Source of the DNA: a virus
Taxonomy: Duplodnaviria > Heunggongvirae > Uroviricota > Caudoviricetes
Virus record (IMG/VR): IMGVR_UViG_3300047560_001314
Strand: one strand, 5' to 3'
DNA: 64,000 bases
The translations under genes and the position numbers were made by a program. Below are positions 1-11,260 of this stretch, in pieces (position 1 is the first letter of the stretch; the number at the start of each line of letters is the position of its first letter). The notes beneath the pieces were generated by a model that was not told where the DNA came from, did no database searches, and saw nothing but the letters and a program-made list of their open reading frames with translations.

Positions 1-1
1 A

Positions 2-2512
2 GATGCACCAAACAATTCAGATAACAAAGACGGAAACCGTGACACAACATATGACGATTTGTTAAAGCGTCTTCGAAATGTTCGCCTTGCTGCGATTGAT
101 GCGTCAAAGGGGTTTAAAGAATTACAAAGAGCAATTGCTGCTACAGGCTCAAAGGCTATCAAAAATCAGTTCAACGGTCTTGAGCAGCAACTTATTAAGA
201 TGGGGCAAACTCAACAATTCACTGATTACCTTGCAGGACTAGATCAGTCTGAATTGAATAAGTTTGGAAAGACAGCAACCAAAAAGGGTACACAAAAGTA
301 CACAACTGTAGACCCTGTAACTGGCAAGAAGATAACTAAAACACAAAAGTATAAGGCTGGAGACTTTGTTCTTAATCAAAAGGGCAGAGACATGGAGGTT
401 GGATTTAATAAGGCAATTATAGGTGACTATAATAAGGCACAACTCTTGTCTATTACATATGCAAAGCAGGAGATTGCTGCTAGAACAAAACTTGCAGCAC
501 TAGGGTTTGATCAAAGAGACATTGCAACAATGCTTGCAGATGAAAACTATAAGACCCTTATTGCTACAGGTAAGGTTACAAAACAAGAACTAGAAACAAA
601 TGCTGCTCTTACACAACAGGCAAGACTTAGAGCATCTATTAGCGGAGCAGTTACAAAATATAAAGACGATCAAGCAATTGCAGATAATCAAAAGCGCATC
701 CCAGAAGTTGTACAGATGATGCAAATGGCAAACATTAGCGCTGAGGGTATTCGTTCAGCAATATCTGACCCATCTACATTAGAGGCTCTTATTAATGGTA
801 TGGATAATTTTGCAACTCTAGGACAAGATGCACAAAATGAGTTTAGAACCCTTCTTGATCAAATCAATGATATCCCAGATAGAAAATTAGTAGAGATTGT
901 ATTTACACAATCAGAGGCTCAAAAAGAAATTAATGCAGCAAACGCAGCAGCAGAATTGTTTGATGCCTACAAGATGATTGATGAGAATACATTAAAGAAT
1001 GCAGAAGGCAATACCTATGCTGGACTTCAAGTACAAATGGATGCCTTAAATAATCAGGCTAAAATTGCACAGGATAGGATTAATTTAACTCAGTCACAGA
1101 TCGAAACACTTCAGTTAGAAGTAGACAAAGATCAAAGAGAAATTGATACCAAGTTTACTAGACCAATTGAACAAAAGCAAAGAGCAATTGACAAACTTAA
1201 TCGTACTGCAGAGATGAACTTTATTAGGCCAATTCAGGCTCTACAGGATAGATCAAATATTCTTTCACATGACCTTGAGGTTATGAACCATACTGCAGAA
1301 CAAATCAATGAAAAGTATGATAAGCAGCAAGAGGCTCTATCCAAGGTATCTGAGATAAACCAGCAAATTATTCAACAGCAACAACAACAACTTGGTCTTG
1401 CTGATGCACTGACACAAGGTGATATTGCTGCAGCAGCAAGGGCTGCCCAGGATATGAGAGCAACAAGTGCAAGTAATTATGCACAGAATGCACAAGAGGC
1501 TCTGCAGCAAGCAAGACAAAACGAAATAGACTCTCTTCGTGGTGGAGTAAGCGGTAAGTCTCAAAAGGATATTCAAGAAGAGCAATATCAAATTGGTCAA
1601 CAGGTTTACGGACTTGAGCAAGGTAAGGCTGCAATTGATAAACAAATTCTATCTATACAAGATGAAATCTATAACCTAGAGCAGCAAAGAATTGTTGCAC
1701 AAGATGCTATTCAGGTTAAGATGGATAAAATTGCAGAGATTCAATATGGAACACTGCTTAACCAACAGGCTGACCTTAAGGCAATTAATGATAAGATGCT
1801 TCCTCTTCAACTTCAAAGCGATCTTTTGTTTAAGCAAATTGCAGATGCAGATGCTGTAAGAGTTATTCAGGGTGCAACTCGTGCAGAGTGGGATGCTATT
1901 CTTAAGGCAGCAACTGCAACAGAAAAACTAGCATCTAATGAGTTAGCGTTAGCACTTGGAGCAGTTGGAGATATGTCTGGTAAGGCAAAGACTGCCTGGG
2001 ATGGTATCAAGGCAGCATATGATGGAATTAAGTCAAAGAGTATTGAAATAACTCAATATATTAAAACAGTTTATGGGCCAGCAACAGATCAAACAGGTAA
2101 TGGACCAGACGCAAAATATGATCAAAAGAATCAAGAACAGAAGAAAGAAGAACAAGCATCAACAAAGTCATCTGCTGATATTATTGCAGAAAGAAAAGCA
2201 AAGTATGGCTATATCTCTTCTGGTGGCATTGTTCCTAAGTATTTTGCTAAGGGTGGTTTTGCAATAGGAACAGATACAGTCCCTGCAATGCTAACTCCTG
2301 GAGAGTTTGTAATGAGTAGATATGCTGTTAATAATCACGGTGTGGACAAGATGAAGGCAATAAACTCTGGTGCACCAGTTGGCGAAACAGTGTATAATTA
2401 TAGTCTTACAGTTAATACTAAGTCTGATGCAAGTCCTGACGATATTGCAAGAACAGTAATGGCTCAAATTAGACAGATTGACTCACAGAGAATTAGGGGG
2501 AATAGATTCTAA
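2..2512 (+). CDS. tail tape measure protein (5' end beyond window; frame open to nt 2)
   Basis: Frame is open to the window edge. The product is at least 817 aa, Q/A/K/E-rich with predicted long coiled coils. It sits directly upstream of the tail genes. Confidence 0.6.
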   Translation, partial: DAPNNSDNKDGNRDTTYDDLLKRLRNVRLAAIDASKGFKELQRAIAATGSKAIKNQFNGLEQQLIKMGQTQQFTDYLAGLDQSELNKFGKTATKKGTQKYTTVDPVTGKKITKTQKYKAGDFVLNQKGRDMEVGFNKAIIGDYNKAQLLSITYAKQEIAARTKLAALGFDQRDIATMLADENYKTLIATGKVTKQELETNAALTQQARLRASISGAVTKYKDDQAIADNQKRIPEVVQMMQMANISAEGIRSAISDPSTLEALINGMDNFATLGQDAQNEFRTLLDQINDIPDRKLVEIVFTQSEAQKEINAANAAAELFDAYKMIDENTLKNAEGNTYAGLQVQMDALNNQAKIAQDRINLTQSQIETLQLEVDKDQREIDTKFTRPIEQKQRAIDKLNRTAEMNFIRPIQALQDRSNILSHDLEVMNHTAEQINEKYDKQQEALSKVSEINQQIIQQQQQQLGLADALTQGDIAAAARAAQDMRATSASNYAQNAQEALQQARQNEIDSLRGGVSGKSQKDIQEEQYQIGQQVYGLEQGKAAIDKQILSIQDEIYNLEQQRIVAQDAIQVKMDKIAEIQYGTLLNQQADLKAINDKMLPLQLQSDLLFKQIADADAVRVIQGATRAEWDAILKAATATEKLASNELALALGAVGDMSGKAKTAWDGIKAAYDGIKSKSIEITQYIKTVYGPATDQTGNGPDAKYDQKNQEQKKEEQASTKSSADIIAERKAKYGYISSGGIVPKYFAKGGFAIGTDTVPAMLTPGEFVMSRYAVNNHGVDKMKAINSGAPVGETVYNYSLTVNTKSDASPDDIARTVMAQIRQIDSQRIRGNRF

Positions 2513-3171
2513 TGGCATCATCATCATACATGCTTGGAAGAAAGAGATATTCTCGTCCACAGGCTGCAATCTGGTCAAATAATCCTGGTACTCTTGTAAA
2601 TGGTCTATATGTTCCAACAGGGCTAGAAGTAGGTCAGGACCCAGGAATAGAAACAAACTCATCCGTATTAGATCAATTTTTAATTTTGTCAGACCACAAT
2701 CGTGGAGAAATTAAGGTTACGCCTAATAGAATTGAAAAGCGTGAAAGAATGATTAATGGGCATATGAGATCACACCACATTGCTGATAAGTTAAACTTTG
2801 ATATTTCTTGGAATAACCTACCATCAAGGTCTTTTAAGACTAGGCCAGACTTTAACCCTACAACTGGTAAGAGTTTGTCTACAGGAGTCTCTGGACGCCC
2901 TACAGGGGTAGATGAGCAGTACACTATAGATGGCGGAGCAGGTGCAGGAGAACTCCTTGAATGGTATGAAAATCATAAGGGTTCATTCTGGATGTTCTTA
3001 GCATATGACAAATATAACAACTTTGGCTCTGACGATTCAGCCTATGGACATCTAGGGCAATATAATGAAATTGTAGAAGTTTATTTTTCTAAGTTTGACT
3101 ACTCAGTAGTTTCAAGAGGTGCAGCAACCCATGATCTATGGAATATCTCAGTGTCTCTGGAAGAAGTATAA
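2512..3171 (+). CDS. distal tail protein-like (Dit-like) structural protein
   Basis: 219 aa ORF starts at the tape-measure stop (ATGA overlap). Its position is typical for Dit. No motif was recognised. Confidence 0.35.
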   Translation: MASSSYMLGRKRYSRPQAAIWSNNPGTLVNGLYVPTGLEVGQDPGIETNSSVLDQFLILSDHNRGEIKVTPNRIEKRERMINGHMRSHHIADKLNFDISWNNLPSRSFKTRPDFNPTTGKSLSTGVSGRPTGVDEQYTIDGGAGAGELLEWYENHKGSFWMFLAYDKYNNFGSDDSAYGHLGQYNEIVEVYFSKFDYSVVSRGAATHDLWNISVSLEEV

Positions 3172-6100
3172 TGTTTGAGAATAAAGAACTACAGTCACAT
3201 CTAGAAGAATCTCAAACTGTAAGAAGCAAGTCTGCCATTATTGCAGAGTGGAATATGAACATTCCGTCTAACATTCAGTTAATTGGAAACTACAGATACC
3301 GATCAACAGACACAGATTCATCATTTTACCTTTTGCCTAACTCCTTTGACTCTACAGATGCTGGAGGGTATTACACTGGAGCAACAGATGCAGACATTGT
3401 AATTGATGGCGGTATTGATGACGATGATACTCCAACAACCTTAGTATCAAAGAAAGATAAACTTAAGACTATATATTCTCTAGAAGATTGCTTTAAGCCT
3501 TTTAGACCTAGATCTGGAATCAACAAAGCAAGATATATTTCTGGTCAATACCTGCACCACCCAAATATGTTGATGGCTGATAGACCAAGATACTATATGC
3601 CAGACAAGGCAGACCTATTTAAGTATTGGACATCGTATAGAACAGAGGGTTCTGTTGAATACGGTATTGCTAATAAAACTGTGAATGGTCAAAAGGTTAT
3701 TGATGATGCAGTTCCCTTTGTTGTATATAAAAATAATATACCAACCAATAGACTTGTTATTAAGATGCAAACGCATATTGGAACAGTAGATCTCGGAACT
3801 ATGGCAAGTGCAGGTTCTACCAAGTCAGATCCATTTTATGGAGAGTCAAACAAGGCCACACCACTTAAGTGGAAGGTTCAACATTTAAAGGGTAGCAACT
3901 GGGTAGACACATACGCATTTGATATCAACACAAAACGAGAAGATGGCTCTCCAATAATTGGTGCTGATGGATATGTTGAATTGGAATATGGATTAAAGAT
4001 TCCATCAAGGCATAAAGACAGTTTTATCTTTGCAGAGGTTCTTGCATCTACAACCGTCCTGCCAGACAGAAATATTGATGGGTATGCGTATCTAGTAAAG
4101 CCCAATCCAACAGATTTAGGAACATTTTATATTTGGCAGGGTGAGGCGTATGAAACATTTACTCCAGAGTATGGTTGGCAGTTAGCAAGAAATGATACAG
4201 ATAGACTAACAAACTTTGTAACAGATTTAACAGACCCAGACTTCTATAGCCTTAGTGGTGATGGATCTCCAAAGTACCGTGAGTTTGAGTATATTCGTGG
4301 TGTCCGAATTGTTGTTGAGTCCATGACAAAGATTGATAGTACGTTTGACCTTATTGAAATTTCACCTAGACTATCTGTTAATATTACAGACAAAGTTTCA
4401 GATTTCTCTATTAATAAAAGTGCATCAGATCTTGGAATAAGCGGAATGCCAGTTGGACAACTTTTGGCGTCTACAGGCAAGGTTACAATCTTTGACTATG
4501 ATGACTCTTTTAATGATCAAAATAGCAAGAGCATCATTAAAGATTATATTGCAAGAAATATTCAGTTTAAGTTTTATGAAGTAATTGTTGATGTTAATGG
4601 GTTTGATTATTTTGTTCCACTAAAGACTCTATACTCTGATGTATTCCCATCAATTTCTAATGCAGACAAAAAGGTAACTATTAATCTTAGAGATTTATTC
4701 TTCTATTTAGAATCAACTACTGCACCACAAATTTTGTCAACACAGACATCTGTAAGTTCTGCCGTATGTTTACTGCTTGACTATCTTGGTTTTTCTAATT
4801 ACACATTTAAGCGAATTGCAAATGAAAAAGAAGCAATCATTCCATACTTCTTTATTCCTCCAGATACATCAATTGCACAGGTTTTACAGGATATAGCGAT
4901 ATCTACTCAGACAGCGATGTTCTTTGACGAGTATAACAACTTTGTTATGATGAGTAAAAACTATATGCTTCCTTCTTCTGAAGAAAGAACTACAAGTACA
5001 ACACTTCTAGGAACAACGGACCAGCAAAATTCTGGGGTTGTAAAAAATGCTCACATAGGAACAAAGTTAGCAAACATCATTGAGTATACTGATCAAGACT
5101 CAAAGGTTTATAATGATGGAAATATAACCTATAACTCAAGACACATACAGAGGTCAATTGGTTCACTAAAGCAAGCAAGCCTGATAGACAACGAAAGAAC
5201 CTGGATCTATAAGCCAGTTCTACTATGGGAGGTTGCTGGAACTCAAAACACAAAATCTGTCAATGGCCAAGTTGGTAATCAGTCTGCATATGTTCTTTCT
5301 GCAATCCCACTCAACTCTGATTTATCAGATACCCTTCCAATGGTTGTAAATAATAAGTTAGTCAATAATACTATGAACTTTGGTGAGGCCGTATACTGGA
5401 TAACAAGATACAACGGTTATTTTTATGCAAATGGCGAAATGATAAAGTATGATGCCGTCGAGTACAATGTTGCTGGTATAGGAAATGTCTGGATTACCGA
5501 TGTCCAAGAGTATGAGGACTACGCATCCAAGGTTCCATTTAATGGAAAGATTTATCCGACAGGAGCAGTCAGAATTTACTCTGAGCCTAACTACCAAGAG
5601 ATTTCTGGGGTTTTAAAGTTGAAGAATGGTCCAGTTGCAAAGCATGGCCGTGGACAATTTGGAACACCAGTTGTTTCACATAAGGCAGGCCTAGATCCCT
5701 ACTGGTCAGATAATAAAAATGTTCGTGGAGTTACAATGAAAGTTGACTCATTATTTAATTCAGTTGCAACAGAATTACCAACAAGTTCAACTGGACTTTC
5801 TGTTGGTGCAGCGGGCAAGTCCACATTCATTGATCTTGGCACACCTGCAACAGATACACCACAGACAAGCGATCAACTTGCACAAAAGTGTACAAGAAAT
5901 GGAATTATTAAAAACTTCTTATCATCAACTTACCTAGATCAGTCTCTTACAAACTCTTTGTCTAGCACTCAGTCAGGTACTGTTCAATCATCTGCTCTAG
6001 TGCTTAATGGGCCAGCGATGACAACATACCCAAAGCCAACTGAATTTATTTCATATGTATACAAGCCATTAACAGATAAATTTAAGCACTTTGGAACAAG

Positions 6101-7502
6101 AATGAGAATCATTGGAAAAATTGAGAACAACTTAGATCGTGGGCAAAGTGCCGTTGGAAGTTCTACATACTATATTGTTCCTGGAACAACTCCAGACAAG
6201 AACATTAGCATTTCTGGAGGATCTGGTGGTCTTGCAGTTATGCTAAACCCAGAAACAAATAATGGTTATTACTTTGAGATTGTAGCAATAGGGTCAGTCG
6301 GAATAACAAATACTGAAACAAGTAATGTTAACAATGTGTTTTTCTATAAGATTTTAAAAGATGATAAGGGCAATGCCGTTCCTGTAAAACTTTGGGAAGG
6401 TCTATCAAAGATCATTGTTGATGATGGAAATTTTGTGGGGCAGTATAGAGTGGCAGCAGAAGAAAACCCAACAGTCTACGATCTTTCTGTAGAGTACGAG
6501 GATATTGGTTCTTTTAGAAGATTCTATCTTTATATTAATAATACCCTAGTTAAGATTGTAGAAGATAATGAGCCACTGCCAGTATACAAAAACATGGCAC
6601 TATTTACAAGAGGATCTTCAAGAGTAATGTTTGAGAACATCTTTGCTTTGGCAAATAACTATTCACAGAATACATCATTTGCATTGGATACCCCAGTCCA
6701 ATCTATCTTTGATAGTGATGAGTTAAGCGTAAATGAATCTTTTAGAAAGTATGCAATGAGCGGTATTGTTCAGGGAACTTATCTTTCTGGAATTAGTACT
6801 AGCGAACCTCCAAAGTATAATATGTACTTTGAGGAGTTTGGTACAATCATGCGTGAGGCATCTACATTTAATGTTAAATATGACAAGGCCTATCCAGCAC
6901 TGTATGCAAAATTGTCACCTACATTTAATAGACTTAAAGGATATACTGTTTCTGGATTTAGAGCGGGATCATATGGAGCAGAATTTTTAATTTTTAATGC
7001 TACAGATACAGCGTTAAGTCTAGATGAGACTACTGGAAATTACCTAAGAATCCAAGGTATAACATTTACTCAGCAGTCACAGCATGTGCTGAGAGTAGAT
7101 GACTATTTTGCAAAAACATCTAGCATGTCTGATCCAGTAATTAAAAATGATATAGTTATTGAGTCACCACTAAAGGCTTCTAAGGATTATGAAGACATTA
7201 AGGTTAGTAGACTAACCTATGGTAAAAAAGACTTTAGCCTAAATGTTCCTTATATTCAGACACAAGATGATGCAAATGATTTAATGAAATGGACAATCTC
7301 AAAGATCATGAAGCCTAGAAAGTCAATTGGATTAAAGATTTTTGCTATGCCAACTCTACAACTTGGAGATCTAGTTAAGGTTGACTATACAACCAATGGT
7401 GTTAATAAAGCAGGAACAAGCAATTATGTTATTTATAATATTGAATACTCAAAAGACTCTAATGGACCACAGATGAACGTATTCTTAAGTGAGGTATCAT
7501 AA
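3138..7502 (+). CDS. large tail protein (Tal/host-specificity-like), 1454 aa
   Basis: Very long ORF following a Dit-like gene. Called by size and position only. Confidence 0.45.
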   Translation: MEYLSVSGRSIMFENKELQSHLEESQTVRSKSAIIAEWNMNIPSNIQLIGNYRYRSTDTDSSFYLLPNSFDSTDAGGYYTGATDADIVIDGGIDDDDTPTTLVSKKDKLKTIYSLEDCFKPFRPRSGINKARYISGQYLHHPNMLMADRPRYYMPDKADLFKYWTSYRTEGSVEYGIANKTVNGQKVIDDAVPFVVYKNNIPTNRLVIKMQTHIGTVDLGTMASAGSTKSDPFYGESNKATPLKWKVQHLKGSNWVDTYAFDINTKREDGSPIIGADGYVELEYGLKIPSRHKDSFIFAEVLASTTVLPDRNIDGYAYLVKPNPTDLGTFYIWQGEAYETFTPEYGWQLARNDTDRLTNFVTDLTDPDFYSLSGDGSPKYREFEYIRGVRIVVESMTKIDSTFDLIEISPRLSVNITDKVSDFSINKSASDLGISGMPVGQLLASTGKVTIFDYDDSFNDQNSKSIIKDYIARNIQFKFYEVIVDVNGFDYFVPLKTLYSDVFPSISNADKKVTINLRDLFFYLESTTAPQILSTQTSVSSAVCLLLDYLGFSNYTFKRIANEKEAIIPYFFIPPDTSIAQVLQDIAISTQTAMFFDEYNNFVMMSKNYMLPSSEERTTSTTLLGTTDQQNSGVVKNAHIGTKLANIIEYTDQDSKVYNDGNITYNSRHIQRSIGSLKQASLIDNERTWIYKPVLLWEVAGTQNTKSVNGQVGNQSAYVLSAIPLNSDLSDTLPMVVNNKLVNNTMNFGEAVYWITRYNGYFYANGEMIKYDAVEYNVAGIGNVWITDVQEYEDYASKVPFNGKIYPTGAVRIYSEPNYQEISGVLKLKNGPVAKHGRGQFGTPVVSHKAGLDPYWSDNKNVRGVTMKVDSLFNSVATELPTSSTGLSVGAAGKSTFIDLGTPATDTPQTSDQLAQKCTRNGIIKNFLSSTYLDQSLTNSLSSTQSGTVQSSALVLNGPAMTTYPKPTEFISYVYKPLTDKFKHFGTRMRIIGKIENNLDRGQSAVGSSTYYIVPGTTPDKNISISGGSGGLAVMLNPETNNGYYFEIVAIGSVGITNTETSNVNNVFFYKILKDDKGNAVPVKLWEGLSKIIVDDGNFVGQYRVAAEENPTVYDLSVEYEDIGSFRRFYLYINNTLVKIVEDNEPLPVYKNMALFTRGSSRVMFENIFALANNYSQNTSFALDTPVQSIFDSDELSVNESFRKYAMSGIVQGTYLSGISTSEPPKYNMYFEEFGTIMREASTFNVKYDKAYPALYAKLSPTFNRLKGYTVSGFRAGSYGAEFLIFNATDTALSLDETTGNYLRIQGITFTQQSQHVLRVDDYFAKTSSMSDPVIKNDIVIESPLKASKDYEDIKVSRLTYGKKDFSLNVPYIQTQDDANDLMKWTISKIMKPRKSIGLKIFAMPTLQLGDLVKVDYTTNGVNKAGTSNYVIYNIEYSKDSNGPQMNVFLSEVS

Positions 7503-8002
7503 TGGCTATTGACGCAACAGCAAATCAACCAACTACAACTACTAGTTCGGCACCAAATGCTTCTGTAAAAGTAGCAACACCAGATCTTTTTGTTTTTAAA
7601 GATGAAGTAGTCCCAATTGAAGTAATGACAGATCTTATCTTTGAAAATATTGGTGGGCAAGAGTTAATCAATATATCTAGAAACGACATTGTTTCAGGTC
7701 AATCTATTGTATATAGTCCAATTAAAAATATGAGTAGCCTATATCTTCAGTATAACCCTCAGAACATTCTTAACCTTCAAGATACATCTGCTACATATTT
7801 TAAAAACTATCCTATTAAGTTTGAGGCATCTTTACCATCTACTGGTTCAGGTCCTAGCGGTGAGACTGTCTATATTGATCCAGATACTGGAGACCTGATT
7901 ATTGATATAGTAAACCTAGATGCAGATGAGCAGGTAGATATACAGATTCTAGTCTCTGGAACCCTGCTTGATGGTACAATATATACTGGAGGAATTCAAT
8001 GA
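7502..8002 (+). CDS. tail/baseplate structural protein (hypothetical)
   Basis: 166 aa ORF, start overlaps the preceding stop; lies in the tail module. Confidence 0.3.
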   Translation: MAIDATANQPTTTTSSAPNASVKVATPDLFVFKDEVVPIEVMTDLIFENIGGQELINISRNDIVSGQSIVYSPIKNMSSLYLQYNPQNILNLQDTSATYFKNYPIKFEASLPSTGSGPSGETVYIDPDTGDLIIDIVNLDADEQVDIQILVSGTLLDGTIYTGGIQ

Positions 8003-9159
8003 TTACAAATACTGGCAAAAGCATTATCACAAAATACCTAATTGGTCAAGCACCAGCCTATGCTTCTTATATTGCGGTTGGTTGTGGCACAAATGCTATA
8101 GCCCTAGGAGATTCATTTGGTGATTATTCAGATAAGAAAACATTAGATTTTGAAATGTTTCGTGTCCCAATTGTTTCTCGTGGATTTGTTACAGAAGATG
8201 GCGTAGATAAAATTGTTTTAACTGCAGAACTTCCAACAGAAGAAAGATACGAAATTACAGAAGTTGGCGTATTTTCAGCGGGATCAAATCCATCCGCTGG
8301 TGCCTATGATAGTAGAACGCTATATGCCTTTACAGAAAACGAGAATTGGGAATATCACTCTGAGAGTCTTGCCACTGCTATACCAGTTATATATGAACCA
8401 CTAGATAGCGAAGAAGACGATGTTATGTCTTTTACACAAAAGGTTATTCAAACAAATGCAGACAATAGAACCTTTACTAGTACAGCAAGATTAGATAGAA
8501 ATGAAAGATGCAGATTTTTAAATAATATTATTATGCTTTCTGGAGATACATCTAAGATCTCTGTGAGCAATCAGGGTAAGTTATCAGTAGATCCAACATG
8601 GACTGTCGGACAGGAATCTTTTAACTCAACACATATACACCTTAATGGAACTGCCCCAGACTTTAATCGCCAGTCACCATTGGATGAAATTCGTCTTGCT
8701 TTTTCTGTTGTAAATAAAGATGGAACATCCCAGTTACACCCTTCTCAGGTATTGATTTTAGGGGAATTCTCTTCTGATGATGCTCACAATATTGGACAGT
8801 ATGCAAGATTTGAAGTTAATATCGAGCATGATGCACAGAGCAAAACTAATAACCTATCTACAAACAGATACTTTGTTGCTACCAAGCAACTACAAGAGTT
8901 AACTAAGAGTCAAGATTTTTCTTGGAATGCTGTTAATACATTCAAGATGTATGTCTGCGTACTTGATGCAGATGGTAATCCTTCTTCAGACTATTTTGTA
9001 TGCCTTGATGCAGCAAGACTAGAAAGCCTAAGTTCTCAGAATCCTTTGTATGGTTTGTCTGGATACACAGTTATTAAGAATGCTGATGCACGACCAATTG
9101 TCAAATCTGCTAATACAACAAACTTTATTGAGTTTAGGTTTAATGTTGGTGTTGTATAA
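7999..9159 (+). CDS. tail/baseplate structural protein (hypothetical)
   Basis: 386 aa ORF, translationally coupled to its neighbours in the tail module. Confidence 0.3.
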   Translation: MITNTGKSIITKYLIGQAPAYASYIAVGCGTNAIALGDSFGDYSDKKTLDFEMFRVPIVSRGFVTEDGVDKIVLTAELPTEERYEITEVGVFSAGSNPSAGAYDSRTLYAFTENENWEYHSESLATAIPVIYEPLDSEEDDVMSFTQKVIQTNADNRTFTSTARLDRNERCRFLNNIIMLSGDTSKISVSNQGKLSVDPTWTVGQESFNSTHIHLNGTAPDFNRQSPLDEIRLAFSVVNKDGTSQLHPSQVLILGEFSSDDAHNIGQYARFEVNIEHDAQSKTNNLSTNRYFVATKQLQELTKSQDFSWNAVNTFKMYVCVLDADGNPSSDYFVCLDAARLESLSSQNPLYGLSGYTVIKNADARPIVKSANTTNFIEFRFNVGVV

Positions 9160-9599
9160 TGGCAACTCAAAAATTAAAGCGTGTAGTAATTAAAAAGGCT
9201 GATTTGCCTGCTTATAGTGGGGCCAATCAATCTTACATAGTTAGATACAGAATTGTCTCAGAGGACAGAAACAGATCTTCTCACTGGTCACCACAATATC
9301 GTCTACCAATTCCATCACAAACAACTGTAGACTATGCACTCTCTGTTAATCCAGAAGCAAGATTAATCAATCTTGTGTGGCAGCCAACAGGATCATCCAA
9401 CAGCATGTTTGATATTTATATTAAATGGGATAATAATTCATATGTTTATGTTGGATCTGTTTCATCACCTACATATTCTTGCTTAGTCAAGAGCGGTTCG
9501 TCAACAGTGAAAGTTGCAGTTCAGGTTCCAACATTTCCAAAGGAACGCTTTACAGGGGCAACAATTTTTGAGACCGAAGAAACTAGTGTAGTGGTATAA
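9159..9599 (+). CDS. hypothetical structural protein
   Basis: 146 aa ORF, coupled start. Confidence 0.3.
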   Translation: MATQKLKRVVIKKADLPAYSGANQSYIVRYRIVSEDRNRSSHWSPQYRLPIPSQTTVDYALSVNPEARLINLVWQPTGSSNSMFDIYIKWDNNSYVYVGSVSSPTYSCLVKSGSSTVKVAVQVPTFPKERFTGATIFETEETSVVV

Positions 9600-9606
9600 T
9601 AGTTAT

Positions 9607-10050
9607 ATGGCAAAAATTCCTCTTCCAGAGCGTGGACAACCGCTAGATGTTTCTTATATCTATCAGTTGGCTAACGCAATTAACGACCTGTCAAGCCAGG
9701 TATCTCCAGCCCTATACAAGTATGTCACTATTGACACACCAGGAGTTGGTCAGCAAAGCGTAAAGGCTTCTGAAGCAAGAATTTTGGGCGGATACAAAGA
9801 AATTGTTAACAGTGCTAGCAAGACAAAGGGCGACACTGTACCTTTCTCGTATGAGTTTAACACTGACTTTAAGTATGCACCAATTGCAGTTGCCACACCA
9901 TTAAATGTTGGAAATACTCCAGCAGGTAAAAATGTTTCGGTTGTTTTAAAATCTGTAACCACATCAAAAGTTGAAGGCGTAGTAATCTTCAATGAGACTG
10001 GAGATCTTACTGTAGCCGTCAATCTAGTAGTTATAGGAATTCCTAACTAA
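9607..10050 (+). CDS. hypothetical structural protein
   Basis: 147 aa ORF at the end of the tail block. Confidence 0.3.
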   Translation: MAKIPLPERGQPLDVSYIYQLANAINDLSSQVSPALYKYVTIDTPGVGQQSVKASEARILGGYKEIVNSASKTKGDTVPFSYEFNTDFKYAPIAVATPLNVGNTPAGKNVSVVLKSVTTSKVEGVVIFNETGDLTVAVNLVVIGIPN

Positions 10051-10241
10051 TGTTGAAATGTGATAGATGCACAGGAAGAATGTTTGTTGATAGACAATAT
10101 ACTAGTCCTGGCCACTTAGAAAGTTACTGCATGATGTGCGGTCATAGAAAATTTTTCAATCCACCACAGAATTCATCGGAGGGCAGATGGCTTTTAAAAA
10201 AGGAAGTATTGAGAGCGAAGGCTACAATAGCGCCCCTGTAA
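10050..10241 (+). CDS. small zinc-ribbon protein
   Basis: 63 aa with two Cys pairs, CDRCTG...CMMCGH. Confidence 0.3.
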   Translation: MLKCDRCTGRMFVDRQYTSPGHLESYCMMCGHRKFFNPPQNSSEGRWLLKKEVLRAKATIAPL

Positions 10242-10729
10242 TTCCAGGAAATAAAAAGGTTTGGTTCCTGAATGGTGACTTGGTAAGGGTGCATCATTTA
10301 AATAGATCTAATGGGATTATGTCTGTTTATAATATTACACAAGATAGGCTAGAGAGTTGCCTTATTGGTGACTTTAAAAAGAAAAGAGAAAGAGCCTACA
10401 CTGTTGGCCAGACTGCTGATTTAGTTAATAGGCATAAAAAATATATGCCATCACTAATGAGACGAGGAATCATTCCATATCCAACTGGATCACAAAAGGG
10501 TGGTCAGACTGGGTTTAGAGTGAGATCATATTATTCAGAATCGCAAGTTAGGGAGATCCGTGATATACTTGCTACATACCATATTGGTAGACCACGAAAA
10601 GATAATTTAATAACAAATGATATGACTCCTAGCGTTCAAGAGTTGACAAGGCGTATGGGAGACGGTATACTTACATATGTAAGAACTGAAGATGGAAGGT
10701 TTGTTCCAGTCTGGAATGAATCTATTTAG
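10187..10729 (+). CDS. hypothetical protein
   Basis: 180 aa ORF. Its 5' end overlaps the previous ORF, so the true start may be internal. Confidence 0.35.
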   Translation: MAFKKGSIESEGYNSAPVIPGNKKVWFLNGDLVRVHHLNRSNGIMSVYNITQDRLESCLIGDFKKKRERAYTVGQTADLVNRHKKYMPSLMRRGIIPYPTGSQKGGQTGFRVRSYYSESQVREIRDILATYHIGRPRKDNLITNDMTPSVQELTRRMGDGILTYVRTEDGRFVPVWNESI

Positions 10730-10952
10730 CGAAGGGTATGAAATGGAAAACGATTCAACAAAGGTATCTGTAACACTAGGATACACACTTAATCTAGGAA
10801 ACTTTCAGTCATTGCGACTTGATCTTGGGGTAGTTGACTCTAAGCGTGATGCAGAAAATACAGAGCAGGCTTTTGAGCGTGTCTACAAGTTCGTTGAGGA
10901 CAAGTTGACTGAGAAGATCAAGGAAGCCCAATCGGAGGCTGCTGAAGGCTAA
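10692..10952 (+). CDS. hypothetical protein
   Basis: 86 aa ORF. Confidence 0.3.
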   Translation: MEGLFQSGMNLFSEGYEMENDSTKVSVTLGYTLNLGNFQSLRLDLGVVDSKRDAENTEQAFERVYKFVEDKLTEKIKEAQSEAAEG

Positions 10953-11260
10953 TGGCAGAACGCAAAGACCGAATGGCTTTGCTTTCTAGATATAGCAAAC
11001 ACCATACTGCAAAGTATGAGCAAAAGCCATCTTTAAATTTAAATGTTGAGCAATGGGCTGCTGATGCACTCATTGAGTCTTATGGAATTGGGGCATGTTA
11101 TGATTTACTTGAGTACTATTTTGGTATTGCTCAGTCTCCTTCTTGGAATTACTTTTCGTACAATACGGAGAAAATACTTCAAGCAAAATTAGAAAAAGAA
11201 AAAGATGTTCAAGAAAGACTAGAGCGTAGGAAGAAAGCAAAGGAGTGGTTAAGTGAATAA
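10952..11260 (+). CDS. hypothetical protein
   Basis: 102 aa ORF directly upstream of the helicase gene. Confidence 0.35.
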   Translation: MAERKDRMALLSRYSKHHTAKYEQKPSLNLNVEQWAADALIESYGIGACYDLLEYYFGIAQSPSWNYFSYNTEKILQAKLEKEKDVQERLERRKKAKEWLSE